Shown here piece by piece: positions 23,512 to 37,400 of a stretch of 39,180 bases of DNA; positions within the stretch are counted from its first letter, which is position 1, and each line of letters starts with the position of its first letter. This DNA is from Sphaeroforma arctica JP610 (Eukaryota): contig NW_014039724.1 in assembly GCF_001186125.1 (NCBI RefSeq), positions 1 through 39,180 of the forward strand, read 5' to 3'. A program made the position numbers and the translations under genes. The notes beneath the pieces were generated by a model. That model had not been told where the DNA came from. It saw only the letters and a list, made by a program, of their open reading frames with translations, and did not search any database.

Positions 23512-25080
23512 ATTATTTATTTCAAAGGAGATAAGTTACATTGTACGTACATATGGTATGGCTCTCATAGCCGTTGTAGTGGTTCGGGGAAGATTGATGG
23601 AAAGCAGTGGTAAGTAAATTCCCGTTTGGAGCTTGGGCCAAGTGATTCGACGATAAAGGATATGCGCGGGGTAAATTCAGGCCATTGCTGACAAAACCTT
23701 GACACCATCGAGTGTGCCACGCATTCGCTTGCTGACTTACAGAGCAGTAGCGTACCTACCTTTGTGGTACGGATCGGATCTGCACCGTGTAGTGCCGTGA
23801 AATGTAGCGCAGAGTACAAAATGCCGAGTAAGGCCAGCTTATCCGTCATAATTCAGTTGAGGAGCGAAGTTGGAGGTGAAACGATGCCACACCAGACCAC
23901 GGATGCACTCGGTATGTGCTGACTGGCCTGTATCGAATGTATCATAGGCGGAAGCAACAGGCGCGATGACTTGGTTTGGACCGAAATTTGGAAGTCGTAC
24001 TTCAACAGTGTGATTGGCCGGGTTATCGGGAACATCTGTTGATGTGTCAGAAACGGGTGTATGTACGGGGTTTTTTCTATATGCTGGAGAAATGATCCAA
24101 GGTGTTCGTGGAGGGTCCAGATACCGTGGAAGTCGTGGCGCTCTTGTAATTGCTGGAGCCAATGGGAGGCAGTTTCGGGTCTACCAGGATGCGTAGGATC
24201 AATTATTGGATGCAGGCAAAGTGCCTGGTGGTGAATTTGTGGCCACCGGGGCAAACAGGGTAGAGACAGCCGTCGGTGTGGTAGTCGAGCAATATGAACA
24301 TGTACGTATTCGTTACAATCATAGCACCGAGCCGATTGGTGTAGGCACGAAGCCGCGGTTGAAGCTGTCGTGGCTTGTCCCGATTTGAGGTTGGCGATTT
24401 GCCCATGACCAGTTGGTAGTAGTATTGGCACCGGGCGATTGCCGCGATCTCGTTGTTGGACCAGAGTTTTGTCGAGCTCTTCCTAATGTCGTCACAGCGT
24501 CAGCAGATGGTTTTTTCAGGTAGGCATAGATACTGTACGGGAAGCGCAGTGATGATATGTTGTGGGCCCAGGCGGGTTGCGTCAGAGGGGTGAGTGGGTC
24601 TGTGCTGGCCATTGAGTCGAGTTGTATTCCCAGGCAACCTCCGGGGTAGTTCGCGAATGGTCGCGTGAAGATGCGAGCAGGCCACAAAAGTAAAGTAAGT
24701 TTGTTTGATATTTGGGAAACCTAGGGTATTTAGTACCCGTGATGATGGATGCTGCTTGGATGAGTGCTGAGTTTTAGCGCTCGAACAGGGGGCCAGCGCA
24801 TCTGCTTCCATATAGGCAGAGCCGAGGCAATAATGTTCAGGCCATATATAGCCGTGGACAGGATGAATGTTTTGAACAGCACCAGCCGGTTGCTGTTCAA
24901 AACATTCATCCTACCACATCCGAGTCCTGGCAATATTGGATAATTCCGTCCTGTTCGAGAAGTTCGAATTCTGACTGAATCATCGTGTTATTCCACCTCT
25001 GGTATTGAAATCTACCAACTCTTCGTCGATTGTGGCGGACGCTCCTTCGGTCCTCACGTTGGCCGTATACTATACTCATG
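23512..25080 (-). mobile_element. 5'-truncated, decayed non-LTR (LINE-like) retrotransposon
   Basis: Minus strand shows VDFNTRG, then NRLVLFKTFILSTAIYG (LINE RT thumb 'r..lyk...r..l.YG'), then RLG...CLYPVCPGGHKFTTRHFAC (C-terminal Cys/His knuckle-like), and an A-rich 3' end aaataaataata at ~23512-23523. Confidence 0.65.
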
Positions 25081-25109
25081 GTTTACACGTGTCCTGATAC
25101 ACCACCAGT

Positions 25110-25278
25110 GCCCTCACACACACACACACTCTCTCTCTCTCNNNNNNNNNNNNNNNNNNNNNNNNNNNNNNNNNNNNNNNNNNNNNNNNNNNNNNNNNNN
25201 NNNNNNNNNNNNNNNNNNNNNNNNNNNNNNNNNNNNNNNNNNNNNNNNNNNNNNNNNNNNNGCCTCCACACACACACA

Positions 25279-25330
<52 letters not shown>
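25110..25330. repeat. (CA)n/(CT)n microsatellite flanking assembly gap 25142-25261
   Basis: Directly visible. Confidence 0.95.
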
Positions 25331-26134
25331 CGCTCGCTCTCGTTTAATAGAGCAACACTTCTACCCTTGGTGTACAGAAGAGAGTTGGGATCAACGCCAG
25401 GAACACCACCGTTTTGCGGTATTTTGGTTTGGCCTTGCTTTTGTTTTTAACTCCAGAACGAGTAGTGCGAGCTCGTGCTGCCTTTTTTTGTTCTCTTTGA
25501 ATATAAATTTAACAAGTTTAAGATTGCAGTAGAATTTTGGAATGTGGGTCGAAACCACGGGGCAAAAGCGTAGGTACTGATAATTGGATAGGATGCCCTG
25601 AATTTCATTAAACTGTTTATAGGGGATTTCCGCACTAGTCAAGCAGTCCATGTGAAAACAAGCACAGTACATGTGAAAACAAGCAAAACTTTCTCTATAC
25701 GGGCAGTATAACTGTGGTAGTACGATCCTCTACCAGTTAGGCTTATTATTCCCTGTTGGGTTATTATTAAGCTGATTCTGTGGGCTGTGTGGTACTGTTG
25801 TTGCTATATGACTGCACACAGGTGTTGTTATGCCATGTTTTGATGTGATCTACGGGGGATATAGAGAACTATTACCTTTATGATTTACAATTAGACGTGA
25901 CGAGAACAAATGAGACCAAATAACGGTTGTTCTTCCATTTTGTACCCTTGCGGTAGCAACGGTCAGGGAAGTATTGAGACTGGGACCACGACAATTGCTT
26001 TCTTTCTAGGAAACAAAGATGACACAACTTTAGCAAATTATATTTTTTAGTCTTCTCTGAGCGTTCAGTATTGCTACTGAAATCCTTCCTTAGTCTTTCC
26101 TTAGTCGGAAAACGTGAACTTGATCTAGGCCCTC

Positions 26135-26737
26135 TTATGTGCTAGGATACTGTAATGTGTTCTGGAAAACATTTTTGGTGACTGAGTCGGAACTTCTTGC
26201 CCCAAGTCTCGTATAAATGACGAGCGGTGAATGAGCGCAGTGTCCAATTGTACTATAATTCAGCGCCCCCGAGAGATATGCTATAACTGCTGGCCGTCGA
26301 GCTTTGTGACAATAAATTACCGATGCCAATGTCAGCACCTCTTGATTCATGAGGCAATTCCTAGGTTTACTTTGTCGGAGAGCAGGTAGAACCGTCGCAG
26401 ATTGGTTAGAAATTAGCACAGGCTTCTGAACTTGCAGGTGCTGTTTCTGCCAGAAATGAAGACAGCCGAATATCACCTTCCGTTTTAAGACTGTCATTGG
26501 CCATGTCGATACTGTCCGTAGTTGATCATGTAGCGCTAAGTGAAAGTTCATGGGCAGCTGTTCCTCAGATGTAGTGCATGGAACTGTAGACTGGTCCAGT
26601 CCCCTGAGAAGCCAGTTGTAGTGAGTGATGTGGTCGTTCAGTTCACGTCTCAATGGTTTGACTTCATGTTCGTACCATATCGGTGTACCACAAGGCGCGA
26701 GCAGAGACCATCTGGTGTGAAGTCTAAGTTTTGACAA
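26135..26737 (-). mobile_element. Possible DNA-transposase remnant (CACTA/Mirage/Chapaev-like)
   Basis: The 200-aa frame contains PMNFHLALH, reminiscent of the HxxxH motif preceding the catalytic Glu in CMC-type transposases; weak, single-motif support. Confidence 0.25.
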
Positions 26738-26768
26738 AACAATGTCATATCAACTCACAATGAACTCA

Positions 26769-26893
26769 TGTAGAGACCTCGGATTCGAGTGCGACCTTGA
26801 ATTGAAACAACCCCTGTAGAGACCTCGGATTCGAGTGCGACCTTGAAATGAAACAACCCCTGTAGAGACCTCGGATTCGAGTGCGACCTTGAA
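26769..26893. repeat. 46-bp tandem repeat (~2.7 copies)
   Basis: tgtagagacctcggattcgagtgcgaccttgaa(t/a)tgaaacaacccc at 26769, 26815 and 26861. Confidence 0.95.
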
Positions 26894-28484
26894 GGGCGAA
26901 AGTGTGGTTTTTGTTAATAGGATGGGATGTACCGAGATTCATTCATCAAACTACTAGAGTGGGCATAGTCTGCATTACACAACCAAAACGTATGTAATCT
27001 TGCAAACCCCTCCTTTATACGCGCAGGACTGTGATAATTTGATCCTGTACCAGCTCAGCTAATCGACCCTGTTAGATTATTAATTGATTCTATAGGATGT
27101 GCAGCAGGTTCTGTTGTTGCTGCATAATTTCACAAGTCTTGTCTCGTCATATTAGGATGTGATCTGCCGGAGGAATAGTAACGTATACTCTCACGTACGT
27201 TTGACGTGCGGAGTACAGATGATACGAATTGTCTTCCGTTCTTCCTATTTGTGCCCTCTCTTGTGGTAGAAAAGGTCAGAAAAGTCTTGTGTCTGGAATG
27301 ACGAGGTTTGCTGCCATTCCAGGAAACAAGATGTCGCAAAATATTGAAAAAAAGTAGCAGATTGAAATTTACTGCATTATTTAATATTTTCTTAAACGTC
27401 GTTCTTAACAAGGAGTTCTATAAATCTTCGGTATTGAATACAAAAATATTCCCCCTAGTAGAAGTCCCTAGTAGAAGTAGAAAAGTAAAAATAGAACCAA
27501 ACGGACTAAACGTCGGAATGAATAGATTTCAACATTCCCTCAGCCTCCAGTATTTAATTGAATAATTTTTCATTCTGTCTTTGCTATTCAGTTCGGGTCA
27601 TTTTTTTTTTATCACTGAAAGCGTTAGCTTGGAAGTCCTTCCAGACTTCATTGACGACTTTTTTTGTCTATCCGTCACAAATTTCACTATATATAGGTCC
27701 CTACAGCAAACTCACATTCTGTAGAAATAAGCCTACAAAAAGGTCTATTGAAGAATTTTAAACCAACCACTGAAAACTTCGTGTACAGAAGGTTTTAACG
27801 CGTTGAACGGAAAGTTAACGGCCGTAAGATGTGAAGCATTGGCTACCTTATTCAGCCATCAAAATTTAATACAGCTATTTAAAAAAAAGTTAGGGCGTTT
27901 CCTCAATAGTAGTTTCATCGGTTTCAGTCCCCATGTCGGAGACATGTTTTACTTTTATAAAAAAACTACTTCAATAATTTCCTTTTTCGAATTTTCTGAG
28001 ACCATTATATGCATAAACACATATACATATACCTATGCATATACACATACAGTTACATATACACATACCGAGTACAGTAAATAATCTGTTGCGAGACTTC
28101 TTTCCTAATTTGCAGAAGGTTATACTTCAATTTTTTTTCGAGTCCAGTATTTTTTAATATCTTTTCTACTGTCTGCAGCAATGAATCTTTTTTTGTCTGC
28201 TTCAGTAATCATTTTCTTTAGTCTTCGTTTATTGTTGTCAAGAATTCATGGTTGTGTCTGGTGAACTGAAGTAGATGCAGTCCTTCTTATAGTAGTCTTT
28301 TTTTCTTGCTTTAAAAGTCTTTTTTTTTGTCCGCTAATCTCGTAGATTTCTCGCGAGGAAAAGACTAAGCTCGTTCGTGTGCAATTCACATCTTGGCCAC
28401 ATCCTTGAACCTTAGTACTCGTTCCGTAGTCTCGCCTCTGGAACTGTTTTCGTAGTCAATTTTACAGCCTTCTCTTATCCATTC

Positions 28485-31400
28485 TTACTGCTGGCGTCTA
28501 CGTGACGACTGTCGACCGTACAATAGGATGTTACACTTGGCTAACCATGCATCGCGCAGCTGCTGACACTGCAAACGGATTGTAGAATTGAAATTAAAGT
28601 TGAGAAATAGCACACACATACACACCCATCATAATTGGGCAATACGAATATATTGTTTTGTGAAGAGTTCAGAAGTAGTACACATGAAACTCGAAATACA
28701 ATCATATGGAAAGTTGAGAAGAACATTCATAAACAGATTTGGTCCACGCGCCTCTACACTCATCTCATGGATGTATACTTCAAAAACATGCAACTAATCC
28801 GAGATCACAGTGTATTTTAATACACAACCAAAGGATGCATCGAATGTATACACCGAAATGTACTGATACTTACGTAAACATAGCGTTACGAAATGTACAG
28901 ATACTTACGTAAACATAGCGTGACGAAATGTACAGATACTTATGTAAACATACCGTCACGCAGATCGGTGAGTCGAGCTCGTTGAACAAGAAGCAATTGG
29001 TGAACACCAGAGTGCAATCAGACATGTACTCATTCATAGTCACAGTCTGTGAGTTCAGCGCGTCTCTTATAGAACCGAAGTCCATGGCTTCCGTAATTTT
29101 CTCGTAGTACCCCTGCGAGAAATATTGTAAATGGATATAAACAAAATCAAACCTATAATTCGGTATAGAGCACACAAACGAAAGAAAGAGAGAAACACCA
29201 CGTTTGATGTGCTGAAAATAGCAATACATAAACATACGATATAGACATGGATAATGAATAATGAATAATGGATATATATATATATATATTCGTGTACGTA
29301 CATATATATACTTGATATATATCCACTCACGTACTTAATTAGACATACTAGTTTATGTATATAAACAAAATTAACCCTATAGTTCGGTATAGAGCACACA
29401 AACGAAATAAAGAGAGAAACACCACGTTTGATGTGCTGAAAATTGCAATACATATACATATACATACGTACATATATATCCACTCACGTACCTCTATATG
29501 CTGTGGGACTGGCACGTTGAACATGGACGCGTATTCGGAGGTCATGATACCCGCGTGTAACTTGCGTATATCTGCCAACTGTACAGGCACCTTAGGAGTA
29601 CCCGACTCATCCATAGCCTTTTCAACTTGTTTCAGCCTGTTGGTGTATCGAGAGATGAGAAAACTTTGGCATGGACATGTGATTACATGTGTGGCATGGG
29701 GAGATGAGAAAACTTTGATATGCATGTGTGTGTGTGTATGCCTATATCGTATCCAACTCACTATTGAGCTCGTGGAAATATCTAATCACGGCTTAAATAT
29801 GTATGAGCCTACAGGTAAAATCTTTAGGTGGCGATACCTGATTAGAAGTATTTTAAATCCGTACTATCAGAAGTACAATATTCACGGCTGTCACATATCA
29901 AGCTGCAATATACATAAGAAATTTAACCAATGTGCCATATGACCACACCAGATAATCACTCATAGTGTAGTGTGTCCTCCACATACCGCTCACGGTAGCA
30001 GATCTGTAGGAGCTGTGCCTGCTCAACGATGTTGCTGTTTTTCAGATTGTAGCTTACACAGTTGCTGATAGACAACTCCATCAGCGATGCATATTGCTGA
30101 AGGTTCTTGATCATACCCTGTGCGTTTGTTATGTAGCATGTAGGTGTGAGTGGGTACACAAAAACACAAAAACACACACATATATATATATACATACATT
30201 TATCTATATATCCATATATATCGATACATATTTATATATATCGATATTATACGCATATACACCATTCGAAGACATTTACGAACGTGTATCTCATGCAAGT
30301 GTATAAGCATATAAAATAAACACAACTACAAATAGCCTCAATCAGGCGCATATGCATGTATGAGTACACACAACCCCAAAATTTATACTATACAATTGAA
30401 CAGCTGCAAGCACAATCAATTAAACACGTCATTAAGCGCAGCGCACACATACGTCAGCAATGCAGATTCCCAGATTGTGCAAGTCCATGGGCTTTAAGAT
30501 GGTGGCTAGGTAACGCTGTAGCTCCTTCTGTTTGAACCCGGGCAGTCTGAGGGTCTCAAACACCGGCCGACTGAAGTGTACGGCGGTATGGGGTGTGGTG
30601 ATGAGCTCTGCGTGTAGTAATCCCAACTGTTCCATGGCTCGTGCAGAGAGCGGCGCGTCCGATAGGGTCTGAGAGAATTCGTTGGCGTGAATATTGTCCC
30701 TGTGGGTGGGAGGTGGGCCGGCAAGGAAGAAAGACATGGCGAAGTGACTTAGATATTAATATGTACGTGTTGGAGTGCTTGATATCATATGCATAGTATT
30801 AACGGCTAATAATAATAAGGAAGAAACGTATTAACGCGGCTAATAATAAAAAGGATGAAACATATTAACGCGGCTAGCACAGAGAGGAGTGGAAAATAGC
30901 AACAGCATGTGTGCTCTAGACCCCAGAAACACATAACTTAACAAGAAGCTGCTCTAGCACTTGGATACAGGTATGTCGACGAGAGATATACTCTTGACCA
31001 TAAATACAGATATAACAAAATAAAAGGACACAGACAACTAAAGTAGACTCTGAAAACATGGTTCAGAAATAGATATGTGCTAAAATCAGGCTTAAAGGTA
31101 ATAGGATATGAACAAAAATATTGATCGCAGCATTCGGATTTATATCAACTATTAAAACACAGAGGCACTAGAATTGTCAGTCAAACCAATGGCACATGTA
31201 GACAATTGACCACGTGCACATACGTGGCTCCTAGTTCGATGTAATCCTTGTGGTTGTCCCAGAGCACCTTCAGATGGGCCGTGAAGACAGATTCGAGGTG
31301 CTGTGCTGCTTTGTACACGTCCGACTCTATTTTATTGTACGCCTTGGCATTGTTAAACACCAGACAGACATCTCGGATGTAGAAACTTGGCCTATTCGTG

Positions 31401-34400
31401 TATGCGCCCTCCTTCGCATTGTCTCGAATGGTGCCTGTTGAGAGAGATGGACGTGGAAATGAATGAGACGGATGACTTGAAATACAGACGCTAGTTATCA
31501 ATGCAAGCATGGAATCTAAACAGGGGGATGCATAATATATATACATATATACATACATACATACATATATATATATATATACATACATACATACATACAT
31601 ACACACACGTACATCTATATATATACATACACATAAACAACGAAATTGCAGTATCTGTCCACACAGAGCAATCTATACTCGTTTATTACTCTCAACATCT
31701 ACATAACCCTATTGCAACTTCTACTATCGAGCTTACATGCATCGCATTAGTAACTACAAATTTCCTTGCTTGATACAATTGTTATACAAATAGATATATG
31801 TATTTATGTATATAAGCATGTATGCATGCATATATATATATATATATATATGTATATGTATGTGTATATGTATATGTACACACACATATATATATACACA
31901 CGCATACATTTATATATATATATATATAAATATACATACATACATACAAATATAACATACCTAAGTCCATGGGGTTCTGTATCGTGCTATAATAGTCGGG
32001 GAAAAAGTTGATATTCACTGGGTCGCCGAAGTATTCACGTGCATCGAGGCAGTTCCACAGCACAGGTTGTATGGCGACTAGCGCCCTCAGCGGCATGTTA
32101 TCCCACCTGCCATGCGTTATATATGCAGCGTGTATGTTCAGCGTTTGTGTGGCGAATACGGTTTGTGGTGGGTATGTAGTCATTTAAACCGTCCATCTGA
32201 TGTGTAGTATATGCACTATAATTCTTAGTTTCCGCTATGTCTTGCTTGTTGAATCTCAACTACACATATTACAAAAAACGGTACGAACGGACTATTCACA
32301 AACACAAACCATTGAACGCTCAATGTGCATACGCACTATATAAACACGCTATTCAAATACAATTGCTAATTGCTAGTTGCAGGTCATGACTAGAAACAAG
32401 AACTCCTGTGCACTTTATCATACGGTCCAGCCACACCCTGAACTTAACACCAACCAAAAACAAGCCCCAAACACATACTACCCGCACACACGCACTACAG
32501 ATACATTTACCATTCGCTACCAGCATCAGGTTGCACCCCATTACTGGCAAACAAGCCGTCGTCGTCTACGCCGTTCTTCTTTCTGCCTCCCCTGTGATGC
32601 GTATCGTACGGCTGCACACTCACAGACGCCCGAGAGCGTGGAGTGCCCTTCAGCACTGCTTTAACGCTTTTGATCGCCACACGCGGCTGTCTTCCCCCCT
32701 GTGTGTGTGAGGTTCCTTCTGGTGTGGGTATATTCATGTCGCCGTTCACATGCTCACGCCCATCTCCTCGTCCCATCGGCACGGGCGTGCGTTTTCGTTG
32801 AGGGGTTTGCGTGATTTTTCCTTTGCCCTTTGGTACAGAACTTCCAAAGGAGGCCCTCTCCCCTTCCCCCTCGCTATCCGTCATACCCGTCTCCCCATCT
32901 GACGCATTCGGTTCGCTGTCAGGTTCGACACTGGGTTGTTCCCGGTAGTTCATCCCCACGGCCGCAGCCCTGCCCGAGCCTGCACCGGTACCTACGCCTG
33001 CGCTATTAATAGAACCCCTGTGTGGCACAACCTCTCGGTCCATCCCCTGGTCACTATCACTACCACTCCCGGCCAGTGCCTGGCTGTTCTGTGACGTGTA
33101 CCGTGTTCGTGCCCGTTTGCCCTTCGACCGCCCTTGGGAGGAGCCTTCGCCCGCGTCTGCACTCGCGTCTGAGTCCCCATCCACAGCGTAGCTTTCCACA
33201 CGGCGGCGCTTTGCGGCACCCCTCTGGTTCTTTCTGAGGGGGTTGTTAGTCTGTGCCGGTCTACCACGCCGGGGCTTAACTGCAATATCTGAGTAGGCAA
33301 TCACATCGTCGCCACTGCCACTGCCATTGGTATTGGCATTGGCATTAGTATTGTTGTGACTATCTTTGTCGTTATTGTTGTAGGTATTATTATTGTTATC
33401 GTCACAGTCGTTGTTGGTATCATCGGCTGATTCGCTGTCACTGGAGAGTACAGGCCTCTTTCCCCTAGCCCGCGAGGTAGTACGGCGAGTGCGTGATGGT
33501 TGCCGTGCCTGTGTATGTATGTGGGACGATTGGGTATATTGAGTAGCATGCGAAGAGTGTGGTGTATACTTGTTTTGTGTGTGCCTGTGTATGTATGTGG
33601 GACGATTGGATATATTGAGAAGCATGCGTAGAGTGTGGTGTACACTCGTTTTGTGCCTTTGCTGGGGTGATACAATACATTTGAGAAAGTTTACGTTGAA
33701 AGCGTTACTTAATTAGACTTTCCTAAGGCAACAAATAGTTGTACACTCAGGAACTCATATGTACTTATGCGTGCTGTGCATTCGGCAATATATACACTTG
33801 TAAAGGTATACAAATATACATTTAGTGTGTTAGTATATTGATATAAGTATTGACGTATAACTGGCCATCATGTGTGCTAGTAAGTTGTGAATGTGTGTGT
33901 GAGTGTGCGCGTCCTCGTACTTTTTTTTCGCCGCTAGTGTTTGCGAGAAGGGTCGGCGTGCAGGAAATCAACGGGTGTGATAACATATACCGTCCTACAT
34001 GTATATTCACCAATAAGATATATGACCATATACGCATACATAATAGCGCAAACTATGTATTAATATACAAGAATACACACATATGTATAGATATGTCGTA
34101 CGAGTGCACACATTTATGTGTGTATACACCTACTATAAGCACACCTACACACCTTTGATCGGCTTGCCGACGAAGCTCGTTTACGTCCGCGCCTATTGGG
34201 CACTATAAAGGTAGCCAAGCATATGTTATGAATTAGTTTATGTATGTGACAAGCGTGTGTACAATTTAATTTTAAATATCAGACTGGGAGGTCACAGTAG
34301 ACACGCATACACAGGAATAAATACAAATACAAAGTCAAAATACGTATGCATACACATACACACATAAAATATATACATTTATACACACACATATATATAT

Positions 34401-34427
34401 ATACACATACATACATAATATACATAA

Positions 34428-34470
<43 letters not shown>

Positions 34471-37400
34471 CATACACACTCACATATATATATATATTAC
34501 GAATATTTGAAAATACACGCATACACAAGCATAAACAGATATATACACGTGTATACAAATACTCATGCACTTACCTCCAAAGTCTGAGTCTGACCCATCG
34601 CCAGAATCAGTATCGCTCGATGGCGGAGTATCATTGTCGTCTGAAATGTCGGATTCTACAGCTCGTTTACCTCTCCCAGTACCATTAACACCTCGCGATA
34701 ACCTCTTTTTGGATTTATATTTGGGGTTGGGTTGGGGGTTGGCGCCAGTTTTGGATCCGACTCTGGCTTTTGATGTGGCCTTGCGTTTACCTGTGCTGGC
34801 GATTTTCTTCCTGCCCCGGGTGCGGGTCGCTTTGGGGTATTCCAAATCCGACAAATCCGACGAGAAATTGGACTCAGTGTCGGATTCTGACACATCAGTT
34901 TCGGACTCCTCCGACGAGGTGACATGATAGGCATCACTGCTTGAAGGCTGTGTAGTTTAATTTGGAGAACGATGAACGATATGTTTGAAAATAGGTTAAA
35001 ATTTCAGATGACAGTAGAATATATAGGGAAGTGCGCATAAACTAACCGGGAATCCGAATGATTATTATGATCGGATAGCGTGCCTAGCAGGCTCACTAAC
35101 TTTAAAGTATGCGCCTATATACATGTAGATCTTAGACATTGAAATATTATGAAGATAAAAATATATATTGGTAAAAACATATTCGTAATAGCAGATATCT
35201 CATACACAACACATGTCAATTTATAAACAATTATCCTTAGAAGCTAGGCGTCCATACAAACAAACACACACACACACACACACGCACACGCACACATACC
35301 GCATTCGTGACCACTTCGGGGGCATCGACATCGATTGTGTCATCATCAGCGTCTATGTAGACAGTATTGTTGCGCCTTCTGGCGGAGGTTCCTGTGATAA
35401 AACGGTTGATCAGGTATCAGATAAGGATTTCAATGGGGCGTGTGTGCTTGGCATACATACTCGCATACATAAGACAAACAGCATCATTATCGGCATCAAT
35501 ACAGACGGTGCTGGTGAAAGGGAATGCGAGAAAAACATTACAGTGAGGTGTGTACGCTATCTGTGGTACGCATTCATAAGACCTCGCTGAAACAAGATAC
35601 ACAGAACCAACTATTGTAAGTTAAACATATCAGCAGTATAAAATACACACGTGCACAAAAACATACTCCGATACACACATATGCGTACACACACACCTCT
35701 TTGGTACATTCGCTGTAGTTATGTTTGCTTACCATTGGCAGCCGGCGATCTCCGTGACGGAGCACGTCTGTTGGCAGCCCAACGATCGTTCGCTGATGAT
35801 ACCTACCCAGACACAGATACATAGGACTACTTCATAGCACACACACACCAGGCATCATACACCGGAACATAAATGTATACACATACATACGCTGACACAA
35901 CTACGTATGCGTACCATTCCCAGCCGGCGATCTTCCGGAGCGGTCCAAGGGAGGGGCGCGTCTGTTGGCGGCCAAACGATCGTTCGCTGAGGTACTCAGA
36001 ATAACTGCCGTGCTCGCGCTAACCTTGTTCTCCTGCTCTTTCTTCCGCCTGCGATTCATTTCACGTTTATACGCACTGTTTCGAGCACGCGACTGAGCCA
36101 GCTTACGCTCCTGTTCCTGCTGACCGAGCGCCACCTGTATGAGAGGTTTAGTGATTAGGGATTAGGGTTGTGTATTAATAATTTTTGTAAAAGGTTTAAC
36201 ACCGGGTATATTATGAAGAGATGTAAAGCGGGATTTCTAAACAGTCTCTTAAAAAAGAAGACTATAGTTATTATAGTTCCTCATTAGCGACAACTCCGCT
36301 CGTGCTCTTGAATAACTACTGCATTCATTCAGAAATTTAGAAACTTTCGGGATAAGGACCTAAAAATAATATTTAAACTCTCGAGTTCAGGGTTTATATT
36401 TATCCTGAAAAGACTATACAAACTCATGGTCCACTTCTCTTTGGAATTTAGATACTTTCGGGGTAAGGACCTGAAATCAATATTCAAACTCTCAAGTTCA
36501 GGGTTTATATTGATCCTGAAAAGACTATACAAACGTATTGTACTCTTCGACCTAGCGTGTCCTGCAGGTGTTGTCATGGGTTGGACCGCAGACATTCATA
36601 GGAACAGTCCAAATAAGCATATGCGCCATACTGGGTGAATCGTAGTACTCTGATATGTAACATTAACGAGAGACTACACTATCACGCAAGACATGTTATC
36701 TTGATGTTCGGTATATTTCGCTGACAGCGATTAATAGTACGGTGTGCCAGTGTCGGCTGAATTCTTACAAAGCTAAACGCGCCACTCCAATATAGATAGA
36801 TATACATTACACACAATGATAAACATGAGTGAAGGTTCGAAATGACATACTATCTTAGTACTGACTTTGGTCCGTTTCGATAGTTGATACGCAAGATTGC
36901 TCTCTTCCGCTTTAGCGAGTTCATCACCATGCCTCACATACTCTTCCACCGCACGCCTCGGCTGTACTGGCCAGTAGTTGCAGTACTCTTCTTCCGTTAG
37001 CTGGATAGAATGAACCCAACGTATGCATACGATCAGAAGAGAAGGAAACACATCGCCCGATATATAGAATAATGAAGTGACAGACGAACAGATTATATAT
37101 AGGATCTATAAGCCAACAAGCGAACAGATTGTATATAGGATCTTCAACAAGTGAACAGATTGTATATAGGATATATAAGTCAACAAGCGAACAGATTGTA
37201 TATAGGATCTATAAGTCAACAAGCGAACATACAGTTTTGCGTGAGACTGGAAACGAAAGGGCTGCAAAGCGGCAGATAAGCCTACTGTTGACGACGCACA
37301 CAGTGCAATCGATCGGTGATTGTATTGGTCAATGACAACATAACCATTAAAACAAACATAAAATGTATAAATATATACATACAATGCTATAACAATCAAG

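Noticed and set aside
26769..26893. Repeat containing ATTGAAAC, reminiscent of a CRISPR repeat end
   Set aside because: The 46-bp units are head-to-tail with no unique spacers, there are no cas genes, and the context is eukaryotic.
33900..33935. Candidate extra BRWD micro-exon (RRKK...)
   Set aside because: The available donor gives the wrong phase, and the flanking exons already join in frame.
36150..36170. TTAGGG-like motifs
   Set aside because: Only two units, intronic; not a telomeric array.
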